Shown here: piece by piece, positions 63,637 through 64,000 of the stretch | Layout: every line of letters begins with the position of its first letter | Position numbering within the stretch: the first letter of the stretch is position 1 | Assembly: GCA_019423685.1 (NCBI GenBank) | Contig: JAHZAY010000005.1 | Coordinates: forward strand, 20,057 to 84,056 | Direction: 5' to 3' | Length of the DNA: 64,000 bases | Origin: Clostridiales bacterium | GTDB taxonomy: Bacteria; Bacillota; Clostridia; Oscillospirales; Ruminococcaceae | The notes under the pieces: model-generated | What the model was told of the DNA's origin: nothing | The model's input: only the letters and a program-made list of their open reading frames with translations | Database searches by the model: none | Position numbers and translations under genes: made by a program

Positions 63637-64000
63637 ATGAACAACACGACCAATCAGATGATTCAGGGCGGCACCGTCTCAGAGCTGCCGGTTCTGCAAA
63701 TCACAAACCTGCATAAAAATTACGGCTCGCACCCGGTACTGGAAGGGGTAAGCTTTCAGATTCCCCGCGTCAAGATCGTCGGCCTGCTGGGGCCCAACGG
63801 CTGCGGAAAAACCACCATTATGAAGCTGATTGCGGGGCTGATCCCACAGGACAGCGGCGAAATCCTAATCGACGGCATCGCGCCGGGGCTGCAATCCAAA
63901 GCCCTGATCTCCTATCTGCCTGAACGCAGCTATCTAAATGACTGGATGCGCATCAGCGACCTGCTCGAATTTTTCTGCGACTTTTACCGCGACTTCGATC
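63637..64000 (+). CDS. ABC transporter ATP-binding protein (3' end outside window)
   Basis: The ATG at 63637 follows GGAAAGGAA. Translated by hand: MNNTTNQMIQGG ... LQITNLHKNYGSHPVLEGVSF ... GLLGPNGCGKTT (Walker A). The frame is still open at the window end. Confidence 0.8.
   Translation, partial: MNNTTNQMIQGGTVSELPVLQITNLHKNYGSHPVLEGVSFQIPRVKIVGLLGPNGCGKTTIMKLIAGLIPQDSGEILIDGIAPGLQSKALISYLPERSYLNDWMRISDLLEFFCDFYRDFD

Noticed and set aside
1-64000. A scan for CRISPR arrays, tRNA/rRNA genes, transposases, integrases, prophage or defence-system genes.
   Set aside because: I found no regularly spaced direct repeats, no cloverleaf-like or rRNA-like segments in intergenic regions, and no ORF with recombinase, nuclease-helicase or phage structural motifs. 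The window looks like a stable chromosomal metabolic region.

Overview
The window is a chromosomal segment from a strictly anaerobic, probably spore-forming Firmicute. Gene content looks like Clostridia of the Oscillospiraceae/Ruminococcaceae type. The coding DNA is fairly GC-rich, which produces many long spurious antisense ORFs in the six-frame track. I can support about 60 protein genes. I recognised no rRNA, tRNA, CRISPR array, transposase, integrase or phage genes.

Gene blocks in order:
1. 3-7742: a 5'-truncated FtsX-type ABC permease, a dual-HTH LuxR-type regulator, HxlR facing three flavoenzyme genes, and a CpcT-like gene with a nucleoside-phosphorylase-like gene.
2. 7820-21441 (minus strand): a catabolic supercluster encoding the complete methylaspartate pathway of glutamate fermentation. 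It holds a two-subunit Fe-S hydro-lyase (mesaconase type), glutamate mutase GlmS-GlmL-GlmE, methylaspartate ammonia-lyase, an unknown HprK-like P-loop protein, a corrinoid adenosyltransferase and CitD-CitE-CitF lyase. A separate MBL-hydrolase-CitC-CitXG activation operon follows.
3. 21857-27710: YitT, two paralogous lipoproteins, Maa, a CIRCE-controlled tandem hsp20 pair and an Fe-S aldo/keto reductase.
4. 27996-33381: rpe, then a degenerate Rnf-like four-gene module (C', D, E, A; no G, no B) coupled to a membrane-anchored DUF4015-like glycoside-hydrolase-like protein. This is the most unusual system in the window.
5. 33820-51016: Rrf2, perR-rbr, rplJ-rplL, ygiQ, a ComEC-like MBL gene with DUF3006, an AbrB-like gene, spmAB, tmcAL, ackA, glsA, a YtrA-type GntR-ABC module and desulfoferrodoxin.
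6. 51214-64000: M28 peptidase, pmbA-tldD, oppABCDF, two tandem GntR/FCD regulators and a second YtrA-type GntR-ABC module that runs off the 3' end.

All family assignments come from reading motifs by eye. No database search was run.
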